Shown: in pieces, positions 41,691 through 56,834 of the stretch
Position numbering within the stretch: the first letter of the stretch is position 1
Layout of the letters: each line of letters begins with the position of its first letter
From: Octopus vulgaris
Lineage: Eukaryota
Direction of reading: 5' to 3'
Assembly (NCBI GenBank): GCA_951406725.2
Contig: OX597825.1
Location: 17,732,001 to 17,796,000 of the forward strand
Length of the DNA stretch: 64,000 nt
The notes under the pieces: model-generated
Databases searched by the model: none
Seen by the model: the letters and a program-made list of their open reading frames with translations, nothing else
What the model was told of the DNA's origin: nothing
Position numbers and translations under genes: made by a program

Positions 41691-42226
41691 AATTGAAAAG
41701 GTATAGTTGTTTTTAACTGAACATTTTCAATGTTACTGTTAAACTTTATAAAGAAATTGTATTTGCATTTAATCTTTTAGTTCTTATTACTGCTTTTGCT
41801 TCTCTGTTCCTCGCGGCGGCCGTTTTGTTGGAAGTGTTCTTCTTAATAATTAGAGAATACTGCTAAAAGAAAAAAAAACACGAGAAAGAATGATTCAGTA
41901 GTTGTTAGTGAACTTTGTGACAAGAGACCAATAAAAAGGCATCGGTTTGAATATATGAAGGCTTGAATGATATATGAAATGCCGCTTTATTTATATCCTA
42001 CATGGTTCGATGATTGTCGAGTACTACATGTGGTATGGTACACGAGACTACTATTTTAGCAGAGGTTGACTTTGGAGGTGAGAAATTGTTGAGGAGTGTT
42101 TGGAATGTCTCTGTATTACTCCGAGTACAAAAACTCTCATAAAAACACTAGTTGGTATCTCGTTGAATTTCTAAAATGAAATGAATTATGTGTTTGTGAG
42201 AGAAAGTTTGAGAGAGAGAGAGAGAG

Positions 42227-42265
<39 letters not shown>

Positions 42266-42576
42266 CAGAGAAAGAAAGAAAGAGATAGGAAGAGAGAAAG
42301 AGAGAGGTATCCGCCTTCTTACAACAACAGCAGTTGAAATCTGGAGTGATATATTTCATTTCGCTTTCAACCTAAGCTGGTTGGAAGGCACGCGAAGACG
42401 ATTCTTTCCTTCAAGTTAATAGTCTTCAAAGTACAGGTTTCAAAAATATTTTTTTCTATTTGAACCCTAAGGAGCAGGAAATAAAAACCATTATTCGGGA
42501 GGTTTCTATGGTTTCGCAAGAAAATGGCAACGTAATTTACTCTAACAAATTCTTTTAAATGGTAAACAGAAAAATA

Positions 42577-42936
42577 AGTCGTGGCACTCCGTCGGATACG
42601 ACGACGAGGGTTCCAGTTGATCCGATCAACGGAACAGTCTGCTCGTGAAATGAACGTGCAAGTGGCTGAGCACTCCACAGACACACGTACCCTGAACGCA
42701 GACTGTGAAAAGGTTTGGCCCTTTGAAATACAGGTACAAAAGAAACAGGAAGAAAGAGTGAGAGAAAGTTGTGGCGAAAGAATAGAGCAGGGTTCGCCAG
42801 CAGCCCCTGCTGGAACCTTGTGAAGCTTTAGGTGCTTTCGCTCAATAAACACTCAAAACATGTGGTCTGGGAATGGTAACCGCAATGCTATGACTGCGAG
42901 TCCGCTGCCCTAACCAGTGGGCCATTTCGCCTCCAC
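42577..42936 (-). mobile_element. SINE family A (tail type 1), ~11 bp TSD
   Basis: Reverse complement of 40192-40576; ACAGAAAAATA at 42566-42576 and 42935-42945. Confidence 0.9.
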
Positions 42937-43996
42937 AGAAAAATATGTATAATACAGGTGAATACACAACTTGATAATGATAATTGTTCCTAGTATAGGC
43001 ACAATGTCTAAGGTTCTGGTGGAAGAGTTATCGATACAGTAATAGACTTGTACTTCATTTTGTTGACACAGAAAGGCTGAAGGGCAATGTAGACGTCGGT
43101 GGAATTTTGACTCATAGTGTAAAGTCGGAAGAAAAGCTGCTAAGCTTATTTTTCTGGCATTCTAACAATTCTGGTAGTTCACTGTCTTACAATAATTGCA
43201 TTGAATTCTGGTCCCATGCTAGCAATTATTAGTGTTAGACAGACTGAAAAATTTTGACCGCAGTACGTGTCTGGTATTTTATTTTAATGAACTCGAAAGA
43301 ATGAGAGGCACTCAGGTCTTCGGCGAGAACCGAACTGTGAATATAAGAGCGGGAACAAAATACAGCAAAATAATTTGTGTTTTCCTAGGCACCTAGCCGT
43401 TCTGCCAAATGAATGTATAAATAAATACATGCAATGTTCGTGATTTGGATGTAAGAATCACCATGAATTTACAATATTCGCTATGCATCATCATAGCTTT
43501 ATGTTCGCTACAACTGCGTGGGGTGTTGGTCAAAATTTCTACCATATTGTCTATGTTCAATAGTGAGCTACCTAATCAAGAAACCGATGAAAAATAACTT
43601 TCTCCATTGAGTAGCTTTATGAGTATTAGTAATACGTAATGTCTTTACCTATGTTACTAGGAAACTCGCCCGGGAAATTAACACCAGTTTTTATCATAGC
43701 CGTTAGCGTCATTCAGCAAATTTGTAAACGTTATCAGTGCTAAGCAGAAGTGTTAGGAGACTTCTCTGGAAGAGATATGGTATTATTAGTATAGGAGAGG
43801 TTTTAATTATCCTCTTTCTGCCTTCTAGTGATATGGTCATTTTCTATTGCGACGTGACATGGATAATGAAGTCTTAGTGTTGGAGCTACAATATAGTGTT
43901 GTTGCTTTTTTCTCGTAGTCGTTGGTGTGAAATATTCCTTCTATATTTAAAATTGTTCTCTCACTTTTCTGCTGTTATTATTTCCCTTGTCCTTGA

Positions 43997-44291
43997 TCTA
44001 GTCATTGGACTGCGTCCACGCTGGGACATTACCTTGAAGGGTTTAGTCGAACAAATAGGCCACCATCCCCGCAGTACTTACGTATGAATCCGGAACTTGA
44101 TCTCTCGGTTTCTTTTGTTGAATTGCTGGGACGTAAACACACTAACGCCGATTTACAGGCGATAGGTAGGGACACACCTAAACAAAAACATACACGTGGG
44201 CCCGTACAAATACGCTCACACACAAACACATACACACATATATACACGTCGGTCTTCGACACACCCTCCGTCTACCAAATTCACTCACAAG
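43997..44291 (-). mobile_element. SINE family B, old, 5' truncated
   Basis: CCGTCTACCAAATTCACTCACAAG and TTTAGTCGAACAAAT are reverse matches to family B. Confidence 0.7.
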
Positions 44292-44343
44292 AGAATAGAA
44301 AATAATTTTACTACAAATGCACAAGAAAAAAAAATATATATAA

Positions 44344-44733
44344 GTAGGAGTGGCAGTGTGATAAGTAACTTGCTTATGATCCACATGGTTCCAGGTTCAG
44401 TCCCACTGGGCGAGTGTCTTCTACTATAGCCTCGGGCCGATCAAAGACTTGTGACTGGATTTGGTAGACGGAAACTTAAAGAAGTCCATCGTATATATAT
44501 ATATATGCATGTGTGTGTACGTGTGTGTTTGTGTGAGTGTGAGTATATGTTTGTGAGTCTGTGTTTGTCCCCCCAACATCGTCCTCGTAATTTAGCGGTT
44601 CAGCAAAAGTGACCGATAGAATATGTACTAGGCTTACAAAGAATAAGTCCTGGGGTCGATATACTCGACTAAAGGCGGTGCTCCAGCATGGCCACAGTCA
44701 AATGACTGAAACAAGTAGAAGAGAGTAAAAGAA
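44344..44733 (+). mobile_element. SINE family B, near full length
   Basis: Matches 991-1390. Confidence 0.9.
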
Positions 44734-45898
44734 AGTCTATACAAGTTCATAGAGACTGGATTCCTGGTCTTCTTTTTTATTCGCAGTTGCTCAGTGAAGT
44801 GAATCGTGAATGTTCTACCGTTTCTCTATAAAACGTATTGCCTTTATCCTTAATCTCTTGCGATAACGTTTAATATTGCTTTCAGTGACTTCGGTTATTA
44901 GAACTGAAAATATCGATATTTCCCTAATTAAATAAACACAATCGTCAATGGAACGGTTATAATGATAATAACCATGTCCATTCAGTTTCATTTTATACTA
45001 ACCTATAGGAATATTATATCTTTATATATTTGGGTATGCTTCCAGCGTTTCGTTTTATTCGCTCTGTTTCTAAAATATTAGCGACTTAATCTCGATGGCT
45101 AAGGAATTTGACGTACAGACCACAGATCCCTTGGGAGTATTCCACTCGATATATTTTGATCAAATTTATTATTTTAGGCACAAGGGTGGATTTACTAGTG
45201 GAGACTTAAGGGAGTGTTAGAGTGACAGAGACCAACAGAAAAAAAGGACCAACTCGTGACTGATGTTGTCTCAATAAGGACGTGTCGCACTACGGGTTGC
45301 ATTGCCGAATTTGGTCAAAATCTTCAGAAAAGTATCATAAAACATTGTCTTCTTCGTCGTTTTGATCGTCATGCCGCAAACGGAAGCAAGGGAACATGGA
45401 AAAGTGAACAGCGACGACCTGAGAAATTATGTACAAAAGCAGACATCATATGAAATTTCCTTCCACTGTACAAGTTTACAAATGATTCACTCTTTATTTT
45501 ATATGATAATGAAACAATTGTGTTGGTACCCTTGCTTGTCTTCTTTATTACCTTTAACAAGATAAAAGGTGAGTTGAAAGTATTATCTGTCTCGGTACGG
45601 CCTCACAAAATCAAAGTCTTTGTCCTTGAAGCAATCTTCAATGTCAAAAAAGTTTCAGAGCAGTGGAGGAGCAGAATGCCTTCAGGGAAGAAACCTTATA
45701 TAGGTAAGCATTTTGGCCCATAACCTCTTACAATCTAAGGAAACCAAGTTGTATGTAGGTCATGGATCCTGGGTGCCTTTGTGTTGACACCGTTCATTCA
45801 CTTCGATATCGGAGACTTGTGCATTTAAACCACAAAGTGATGTCATCTAGTTAATGCTCCTCACCGTTGCCTCTACTTTCAAACACATATTTAATTAA

Positions 45899-46128
45899 GG
45901 CGGCGAGCTGGCAGAATCGTTAGCACGCCGGGCGAAATGCTTAGCGGTATTTCGGCTGCCTCTACGTTCTGAGTTCAAATTCCGCCGAGGTCGACTTTGC
46001 CTTTCATCCTTTCGGGGTCGATTAAATAAGTACCAGTTTTACACTGGGGTCGATATAATCGATTTAATCCGTTTGTCTTTCCTTGTTTGTCTTCTCTGTG
46101 TTTAGCTCCTTGTGGGTAGTAAAGAAAT
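45899..46128 (+). mobile_element. SINE family C, full length, 14 bp TSD
   Basis: GGCGGCGAGCTGGCAGAATCGTTAGC...GAGTTCAAATTCC; TSD ACATATTTAATTAA at 45885-45898 and 46129-46142. Confidence 0.93.
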
Positions 46129-49073
46129 ACATATTTAATTAACATTATATCGTTAGTAACAAGATAGCGGTAAATCGTCGTGAGTTTCAAAGCTACTACC
46201 ATGGCTATCTCAGAGTTACTTCCCTTGATGTTAAAATGCAAACATGAAGCCCTCAAACGGTACAGTGCCGTTTTTCTTCTACCTCAGCGTGATCCAGCTG
46301 GATCACCTCTTCACTTTCTTTGATATTACCTTTAAGAATTTCGTCCTGTTTCTCTCAGAGAAAGAGATATGCTTATGAGATCTTAAGTAGATGTGCCCAC
46401 AAAACTTCTAGATCCAACCTATATAGCGGAAATATTGACATGGAAGACGGATTACCTTATACTGCTGGTTAAACTGCCATACTTTTCGCTCTGTGACACC
46501 TGTACTTTTTTATATATTGCTTTCAAATTGCACGGGGAATTTAATCAAAATCAGTTGGTTTGATGAATTAGAATGGAAAACGATATCCAGCCTCAAGCCA
46601 CTCTTCTTGGGCACAGTCAATCGATCGCACCACCTAGTAGTCTTCCTTCTCAGGATCCATATGACATGGCAAATCCTGACCAAACTTTGCTTCTTTCTAC
46701 CGCACAGAATGATGAAGGAGATTTTGGTGCTATGATTTTAATTTGGCCGTACATATCACGTGTACGTTTTAGTTAGATCTTGATTGTGCCTCCATATGTA
46801 CCTTCCTCGGGCTAGTGCTTCACTGCAGACAGTAGAATGTTTTTCTACCGTCCATTTACCCCGCAGACCAGACAGACAGAACTACATAATTTGCCTCACT
46901 TTACTTCATTCGTATTCAAAGGCAGGATAATTTAGACAGATCTGAAAATAAAGCTTATTTTAAGAGGCACCATATGCCACAGGTAACTCTACTAGAGATA
47001 CTTCTATATGTAGACTCCCATATAGTCCACTGGCCCTGTTGACTCTGATGTACTGCTTTCCGAGTTGTTATAGCATCATCTCCCTTTTTTCTAGAGTCAG
47101 ATCTCTTCTCATCTTTCGTCTGGCGTCCGAGGACCCAGTCTCTGCCTATTGGCTAGATCCGGGCTTAACAAAAATATAGTCACCGTAAAGCTTTTCTCTG
47201 CTGTGTCCACCGCATTGTGTACATTTCATATCCTACCTATCTTCCCTTTGTGCCAGGTTGTTCTCACGAACAAGTCTTCCGAGTCTGCAAGTATAGCCTT
47301 GCTTTTACGACTTTGTACTCTACAACGATGGAACTGAGTGTAGTCCTGGCGACATTAGAGTGCAGCGTAAGTGAAACCTCTAGAACAAGCCACTTTATTG
47401 TGTACTTGTTGGATTTGGCCTCCATTTCCTCCACAAACTTTAGACGAACTGATTGAAGTCCGTGCGAGTTACAATATCCCTGGCGAATGACAATGTTGTG
47501 GAGAACTTAAAACGGAAATTTCAAAAGAGAAGAAATGCAACTTTTCAGGTCATATGTTCTTTTTGCATGGCAGAAATAAACTAATTGGCTTGTTAATGTT
47601 GTAATGGCCTGTTCCAGCGATGTTAGGGATAGAAGTTTAAACTATGAAATTTGTTGGATTTTAGCCATGAAGAAAGGGGACAGAGCGCAACTGAACTGAA
47701 TAAATTTATCGAAAGAACGGAGATTAGAACATTGACAATGACACAACAGATTGTGTATCATTGTAAATATACCATTTACAAGTGCAACGATAGATAAGCT
47801 CCTTGACAGACATCATAAATTAATTCAAGGCCTAGGTAAAATCTCTTTTGAAAATACTGAGTTACGTCGATGCTTGTACACTACTGTCAATTATCATCTT
47901 TCCTCTTCACATGAAATACTAAGATCAAGTACAAGGAAATGCTGACATTTTAATTGTATGTTTTATATTTTTGCTTTCTAACGAATAATGTTTTCAATAT
48001 ATGTAATTCAATATGCATATCACACAGATTTCTCTCGAATCTGGCGTATGTAGAGCATATTTGCTCTGTTACTGGTTCCGTATATATATTTTTTTCGGAG
48101 CTGTTAAGCCAGATTCTGATAAAATATCGTGGGAAATACAATACGAAGCCGAAATTTATAATCTACATTGTACGAGATTCAGATATATATGCCACATGTC
48201 TATTGGTGATTCGTTCTGATCCATGGAGAATATAAAAACAGCTTCTGCTGCTCTTTTTATTTGGTTATTTATATATATATATATATGTTTTAAATTTTTT
48301 GCTGGATTTGTAAATACAGGCAATTCATTTACTTTTTATTATATATTAAAAAAATCCAATTCAAAAAAAATATTGTACTTTTAACGACATGATCTCGTTT
48401 TTTTGGGGGGTTTTTTTTCACCACAGGGAACATACCTGCCATATGCAATATTGATATTTTTGCCAGTGTTCTTTTAACATTTATTTGAAGTAAACCTGGA
48501 ATTATTTTTGTTTTTCTTTTTAATAAGTTCTATGTATCTTTCGAAAGTTGATCTCAATTTTTGTTTCAAGGAAGGACTTATATAACTTTCAAATCATCAG
48601 TTATGCAACTAATCATTTTCACAAACTGAATGCACAAAACAGGTAAAACTACAAAAAATACTGATAAAAATACTTTGAAATACCTGGAATAAAGCCAACA
48701 AGTTTTAATGGGCGAGGAACAGTCGATAACAGTGACCTGAGTTCTTGCCTAATACTTTATTGTAATTAACATGAAAGGATGAAAAGTAAAGTTGACCTCA
48801 ACGGGATGGTGAATTCAGCACATAAAGAGCCGGAAGAAATGCTGCTCAGCATTTTGTTCGACGCTCTGAAGATTCACCCAGCTCGCCGCTGGAATAATGA
48901 TGGTAATAGTACCAATAAAAATGATAGTGATGGATGCATATAAGCATGGTATGAAATAATATTCAGTGATTTTCCTGCGACATAAGATAGCAACACAGAA
49001 ATTATCGTTTGCAAACATCTGGAAAAATATCATCTGAAACAAAGAATTGGACGTTGTACCTGTTGTGAAAATA

Positions 49074-49616
49074 TCGGGTTGCCCGGAAAGTTCGTGTCAA
49101 TTATTTTAGAACATGGTTGTGTCCATAAAATAGGATTTGACTACACCTCCATTTAGAACATAGTTTAAGCTAAATTTTCGTGGAATAAGGTTTGTGTTCC
49201 TGTAACCTGTGTTAATTCTGTAGCCCTTTAAAATGGAAGATAAGAAAGTTCATTTTCGGCACTTGATGCTTTGGGAACCAGACAAAAATTGCTGCAGCTC
49301 GGCTGGGATGTGTTACCCCACCCTCTATATTCACTAGATATTGCTCTTTCGGATTTCCACTTATTCAGGTTTCTGCAGAATAGTCTTAATGGTAAACATT
49401 TCAACTTCTTGGATGATGGAAAAAGATACCTTGATGAATTCTTTGCCATGAAACCACCTCAATTCTGGGAAGCGGGTATTTTCAAGTTAAAGGAAAGATG
49501 GAGACGCATTGTGCAACAGAATGATTCATATCTGGTTGATTAAAAATGTAATGGCAAGTATTTATTGATCTTTTACTTTTCTTTAAAAATCGGCACGAAT
49601 TTTCCGGACAAACCAA
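49074..49616 (+). mobile_element. Internally deleted mariner transposon (543 bp)
   Basis: TA-flanked imperfect TIRs of ~28 bp. ATG at 49233 gives MEDKKVHFRHLMLWE, joined out of frame to TRQKLLQLGWDVLPHPLYSLDIALSDFHLFR...YLVD* (relic of YSPDLAPSDYHLF). Confidence 0.95.
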
Positions 49617-50217
49617 TATTAATCGTTACATCGCCAATGACAGGACCTACGTACTGTCTCTCGTGATTTTCCAGAAGTGGCGGCCACACCAACCGCAAAG
49701 TACACACTTCAGTGAGGTTCTTCATTCTTCCTGAAGATAATGATTATGGTCACGGAAGAAATATATACTTAATCATATGATCTCAATCAGTTTTAAACCG
49801 ATGCGAAATAATATTTATACCGCAGTGTTCGATATAACAACTGAGCACGCGTAGAATCTATCAAAACGTGTTGAAAAAAACTGAAAGTATGTTTTGATAA
49901 TGTAGATGTTTTATATATCTTGCCTGAAAAAGAGATCAATCCGTCACAACTAAACAGTTTTGTTGATGGGACTGCTTATCGACTCTGGCTTGTCTGATGC
50001 AAACCAAGATACGGCTGTGGCAGTATCAACAAAATAAAATACTGGGTAAAAATTACACTAGAATCGGGGACCAGATAACGTGGATGCAAAATAAAAGAAA
50101 AAAAAGAAGGAAATAGCTGTCATTGTATATTAGGCAAGACATTGTTCCCTTTTTTGTTTTTTTACCAAACCTTTGATAAGAGCGCAGATCTTGTTTTCAT
50201 TAAATATAATCGTTTTT

Positions 50218-50390
50218 GCTATAGGCGCAAAGTTTGAAGTTTTATGGGAAGCAACCAGTCGATTTCTTCGAAATCAGAGCACAACTGGTTCTTATTTCAT
50301 CGATCCCGAAGGATGAAGTCAGAACGTAAAGAACGGACAAAATACCGCTAAGCATTTTGTCCGGCATGCCAACGATTCTGCCTGATCGCA
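50218..50390 (-). mobile_element. Old SINE family C-like copy (similar relics at ~42990-43185, 48700-48890, 57160-57340)
   Basis: AAATACCGCTAAGCATTTTGTCCGGCATGCCAACGATTCTGCC is the reverse of the family C head. Confidence 0.7.
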
Positions 50391-52677
50391 ATATATTTCT
50401 TTAGATATAATGCGCCAATAGTTGTTTGATATGGAATATTAAATTCAGTGTCGTACTTGTTGGCAAGTGGTTCGGTAGTAGATCGTGTGTTTTAAGTGAA
50501 ACAGTTAGAAGAGTCAATTTAACCATTTAAGAACACACAAAGACTGCTATATTTACTTCTTGTCCTTTATTTCTTAATAATACAGTCTATTTCATATCTT
50601 CATGCCAAGAAAATTTTGTCAGACCTCTTGCGGCATGGTCATTCACACAATTCCACTGCATCTGTAAAAAATCATTTACAGTCAAAGTTTTAACAATAAG
50701 CCTCGCGGATTTTCTTTCCTTCAGGTTCCTAACCATTTATGTTGAAGACTTAACATATCAGTCCACTGTATTGTTGCTGTTTTTACATTTGCACATTTGA
50801 CACATGGTCCCTTTGTGAATTTCAGGTTTCAATATTTGTTTTCTCTCCCTAAATGCATTATAAATTTATTCATGCATTTATGCGTTTCATTAGAATTATT
50901 TCTTTTTCCTATAAGGAAAGTATATAAGCGCTATATAATCTTTCCTTATGGAAGCTGTTTATAAATTATTTGAAATGTCGCCACAATATATATATATATA
51001 TATATATGCATACACATAAATCTGTATATACATATATGTGTATATATATATATACACGCATGTATATATATATGTGTGTGTGTGTGCATGTGTGTGTGTG
51101 TGTGTATGTATATGTATATATACATACATATGTGTATAGATATATATTTGTCCCGACACATATTTGAAATATTTGATTACACCACAAGTCTGTTGAAATT
51201 AGATTTTTGCGAAGTTGATGTAGTTAACTTTCATGATATAAAACCAAATATATTGGACTAGATAGAACAAAAAATGTTTTAAACGGTATAACATCGAACG
51301 GACATGCAAAAAAATGTGTGTGGATATAAAGGTAAAAATAATTAGATAATAACCTTGGTGAAATAAACAGATAAAAATATAACATCTATCTATCAATCTA
51401 TATACCTGTGTCTCTCTCTGAATGTATGTGTGTGTATATACATATATGTGTATATGTGTGCGTGTATGTGTATTTATATATAGGTGTGTATATATAAATA
51501 TAAATATATATATATATGTATGTATGTATATATGTTTGTATTTATGTGTGTATATATGTATGAATTAGTTTAGATCCTGTCGATCGTGGTTATTAGTTCG
51601 GTAGCTTCTAGCATGTGATGGGCTGACAGCGTGTACTGTAAGTTTACTACTAAATTAATACCCCCGTTTTATCATCTAATTAGTAATTCTAATAACTAAA
51701 TCACAATTGTTTAATGACATTAGCTATTCCATAACACTAACAACGTTAGTTACTTGACTGCATATCAAAATTGAAGAAAACGGATAGACAATAATAGTTT
51801 CATACATGTTACATTTGTTTTAATAACATAACTATTTATTCATAATTGGTGCTTTACGCAATCAAAAATCATTTGCCATTTCATCAGTTGATAGAAATCG
51901 ACTGCTCTGGAAACCATATGAAGATTATACTTCCTTCATATCAGTCATAGGAGTGTTTGAAAAGGGAAATTATCCATTGAAACATCGTTAATATAGTATT
52001 ATCATCTCATTCGTATTTTATATCAATTGAAATTTTTCATTATATTCCTAAATATTTTATCTGATATATTCAGTGAAGGTTTTTATCTAATGTAATTTAT
52101 GCTTATGTATTTTAATTATTTCTAATAATCATTTTAGAGTGAAACGGCAGTTGGTTCATCTGACATTACTTTCACTTAATCGTGGCTCCTAAAACAGTGC
52201 TTGTGTCAGAGGACTAGTCAAAAATTCTCGACGCGATTCAAAACAATTTCTGCCTTGTAGCAGTAAGGATACTGATGGTAGATGAATGTTAACCGCAGCT
52301 AATTTTTAAAAGTTGCCCATACTACATTAACGACATTTTATTGGATAAGTTCCATTTTCAAACTCTCCTAAGATTGATATGATCTGAGTACAATCTTTCT
52401 TTAGATTTTCGGAGATCGATCTTCTTTGGAGTCACTTATTTAACAACTGATGACTGATGAATTGGTGTGTGATCTCTGATTGCGTAGTAAATAAAACATG
52501 CTATTGAAACATATATCTATGTTGCCTGTGTAGAACTGTTATTACCTATTCAGCTTCTTTAATACACACACACATATTTATATGCATTACATATATATAC
52601 GTACCTATATATATATATGTGTATATATATATACATATATACATAAATGCATATATACATACATATACATGTATGTA

Positions 52678-52712
<35 letters not shown>

Positions 52713-52770
52713 GCATATATATATGCATGTATTTATATGTATATATGTATGTATATATATGTATATATAT

Positions 52771-52852
<82 letters not shown>

Positions 52853-54890
52853 GTAAGCAAATGTGATTGGAGCTGAATTAATAAGAAAGGAATACACAAA
52901 TGTATTTGTGTTCTCATTAATGTTCCCCGGTTTGGATTTACAGTTTGTACTACTGACGTTTTACACCCTTCTTCACGAAGATTTCATTGCGGTCTTAAAC
53001 CAATTTTCTAACAATGTATCTATACGATATCCGTACAGTCTATTTATTGATGATTCTCGTTCACTACAACACGCTTGTAAAAATATTAATAGAATTTCGT
53101 TTTCACTTAAGTCGTCCAAATCCACATTGAATCTATTCTCCAGGCTTTTGCTTATTTTAGGTTTCAGAGCATCTTGAGCATGAATATTCTTGACTCTTTA
53201 TACAGTTTGCTATATTACTTATTTTCCTCTGAAAGTATGAGGTTTTGTCCCTCATTACGTAAGAATTTCAAAGGTGTATTCATTTAAAAGTTTACCGATA
53301 ATTAATTGGATACACACATTTAATATAAACTTCACGCGATGTTTCCGTACGTCTAAACTATTTCATCACTGCATGTGTACTTTTTTTTGCCAGCATTAAC
53401 ATTATAAGACCTACTGTTATTTTATCATTAATATCCTCGGATATCTTAATATTTAAATATTTATTTTATCCCATTTTTTTCGATATTAAAGTGAGCATAA
53501 TCCTTCTGCATTAATTAGAATACTTCGAAACCTTATTGATGCATTTTCCAAATTTATGGAATGTTAATAAAAAAAATGTTGTAAACAAGTGAACATTAAA
53601 AAAAAATGTGTGATCATCAATGGCCACAATAAATCTTACACGTTAGTCATTGAGAAAAAATATATTTCTAACATATGCACAAAATTAAAGAAAAAAATCA
53701 GTGTTTATTAAGAGAGATCCTATTGATGATATCAACACGAGTATTTGCCTGATACATTTTTTATCTTGAAATTCAAATAGGAATGACGAAGCCATACCTT
53801 GCAAAGGAACACAACTAAATACCATGTTGTATTTACTCCAGCCCCTAACCTATTTTTCCCTCCGCAGCTTTTAAAATTAAAATAATATAAATAAGAAAAA
53901 CTAATAATAATAATAACATTTATTATTATTATGACTATTGTTATAATAATACTCCTGCTGCTGTCATTATTCCATGGTCAATAATAATGTATTTGAAGGC
54001 AATTTGTAATGTTTAACATATTTCGTTCATCTTGTTTTCATAAAAGACGAAGGAAAATATTAACGGTAGCTTTTCAAGACATGTATACAACAATAACAGC
54101 AACTTATGAAATACAGAAGACAAAGATAACTTATTATTTCAGTCCTTTTGTTTTTTTTTTTCATTCTTTCCATTTTGAATTCGTACTAATTTAATATAGA
54201 CGTATTATTATCGTCAAAATTATTATATGTTGATAGATAAACATATGCAGCGGCTATTTAAAGTTTTTGCCAATACACGGCGCCACTGCAGTATATCAAA
54301 ATAAACAAACAAAAATAAGTTGAAGGGGAAGTAAAAGAATGAAAGTATGGAAGGTGAGTACAGAAATTTGTAGTTTTGTATGTATTTTTTTTTCATTGTC
54401 TCTTTTTTCTAGTTTTTGAATTTGTTTTTCTTTTTTTTATTTTCAGTGTTTTTTTGTTTTTTTTTCTCGAAGTTGTTCAGAATTGGAGTATTGTTCAGAA
54501 TTTGACTTCCACAGTTCACCCTATTAACAGACACCTTACATCTCTTTTGGCAGAAATATCATGTATAACAGCTGCTTGTTATCCGAGTCCAGCAAAAACA
54601 TTACCAAGCAATATATTTATTTATATATTTATTTATTTATTTATTTATTTATTTATTTCTGAAGCAACTAATTATAGGCAAATAAATCGTTTAATTGTTT
54701 TGTTTCCATTCTTTGTTTTTGCAATGAAATTCGAAGAAAAAAAAAAACGAACAGACAATCATCTTCAACTTTGGTTGTTACGTTTCCTTTTTGTTTTCTT
54801 TTTTTTTTTCCATGTAGATGTGGACGAAAATAATTATTTCAGATTAATCATATTTACAGGAGACGGTAGCCAAATTTATTTTAAGATGCG

Positions 54891-55002
<112 letters not shown>

Positions 55003-55160
55003 AATACATACATATACATATATACATATATACATATATATGCATATATGTATGTATATACGTATATATATATAATCATACAATTATATTTATATATGTA
55101 TATATGTATATATATATATATATATATGGATGCATATATATATGGAGGCATATATATATG

Positions 55161-55194
<34 letters not shown>

Positions 55195-55206
55195 TGTATA
55201 TATCTA

Positions 55207-55256
<50 letters not shown>

Positions 55257-56045
55257 TACATACATATATATACATAGTCGTAAGCGCGTTTTTTTTGTAT
55301 CTGTGTCTATGTCTGTATGTCTGTGTGTAATACGTATTTCTGTACATGCGCATGAAGTTATAGACATGTCGTCTAAACGATTGAGTGTATGGCGCTAAAG
55401 TGATATGTGCGTGTAGATTCATGTTAATCGATGCGGCGTGTAAATGTATGCAAGCATGGATGTGTATAAAAGTACATACACATAAATATCTTAACGCAAC
55501 AATTAGAGATTAGGAAGTGTTGCTCAATGTTCCCTGAATTGTAGTTAACAGGTTCGTTTAATTCTTGTATTTAAGTTCTTTGATGATGCTATATTTGTAA
55601 TCTCCCCTTCACGCTTAATATTTTCTTTATATATTTTTCTTCTTCCCCTCCACTTCTTCTTTCGTCTTCCTCTTTTCCTATATTCTTTCTTTCTCTCTCT
55701 CTCTCTGCCTCTCTCACTGTTTAGGTTTCTTCTTTTCTTTCACGCACACAATTTCTCATCAATGCCTTTCAATTAGTATTTTTGGTTGATACCGTCAATT
55801 TACGATATTATAGCAAAATATAAACACGTATAATTCAAAGAAAACCTGAGAGTCTCTGGAAATGTGTTTTTGTAGGCCATTTTTGTTTGCAACAACCATT
55901 TCATATTTCTTTCAAAGAAAATTATATGGATTTTAAATTTGCAAAACATTGTCGCATTCTATGGAAAAAACAACAATATTCTTGTGAGGAGCCTGGAAAT
56001 CGGGCAGAGGCAAAGCAGTACATTACCAAAATGTCTGCTTTTAAT

Positions 56046-56161
56046 TTACTCCATATAGAAACAAAGCAATGCAATGAATAAGCTGACAAGCGAAAGCGAT
56101 AGTCTTCCATTCCATTCTAATCTACATTCACCGCTGCCTATATTGGGTGGGAAGAGAGTAC
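56046..56161 (-). CDS. Terminal coding exon of the lachesin/IgLON-like gene: GPI-anchor-type C-terminus
   Basis: Acceptor ttttctcttgacAG; phase 1 gives (G)TLFPPNIGSGECRLEWNGRLSLSLVSLFIALLCFYME*: small residues, polar spacer, then a hydrophobic end. Stop at 56046-56048. Confidence 0.8.
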
Positions 56162-56834
56162 CTGTCAAGAGAAAATTGAAATAAATTAGCTGTTTGTTTA
56201 AACATGATAACATGGACATTCAGAACAGAGAAAAGTAATCAGCATTTACATTTTTCAAAGACATTAGTGGTGCGTTTAAAGTGAAATGATGTGATTACAA
56301 AATAAGTAACAACTGGCTTTGCTTCCTTGAAATATTGTCTGAAATGTGTGCAACATTGTGAGAATGTTGAGAGGTGGTATGCTGCTTTATTGTGTGTGGC
56401 GGCTATTCAGTGGAGTAAATACTCCAACACGCAATCGTTTATACCTCCTTCTTTCATCAATTCATCAACTTGCTTGAGGAATGATTTGACTTCTATGACC
56501 TTCTTCGTTCAGTTACTTTTAAATATTTTTTTGTTTCATGTTCAGCAATACGTCTACGTATTTTACGAGAAATTTCTATTGACAAACTAATAGGATCCGA
56601 TGTTATTTATTGAAAATAAGCCATTTTAGCCGGTTGTCTTCCTTTGGCATTGTTCGTAGTTTAACTTCTTTAACTAAACTGTTCTTACTGAAAGTATCAT
56701 AGGAATAAAAAGAATGAAATTACTTCAGGTATAGACTAAAATCGAAGCAAGGTAAACCACACTACCTATAATTTCTTAAATAGCCTCACATTATAATTGC
56801 GTCGTTATTAAACTCTGAATTACAGCGGTGAGTA

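Noticed and set aside
46330-47600. Possible decayed RTE-like LINE
   Set aside because: Only faint frameshifted motif resemblances; needs a frameshift-aware protein search.
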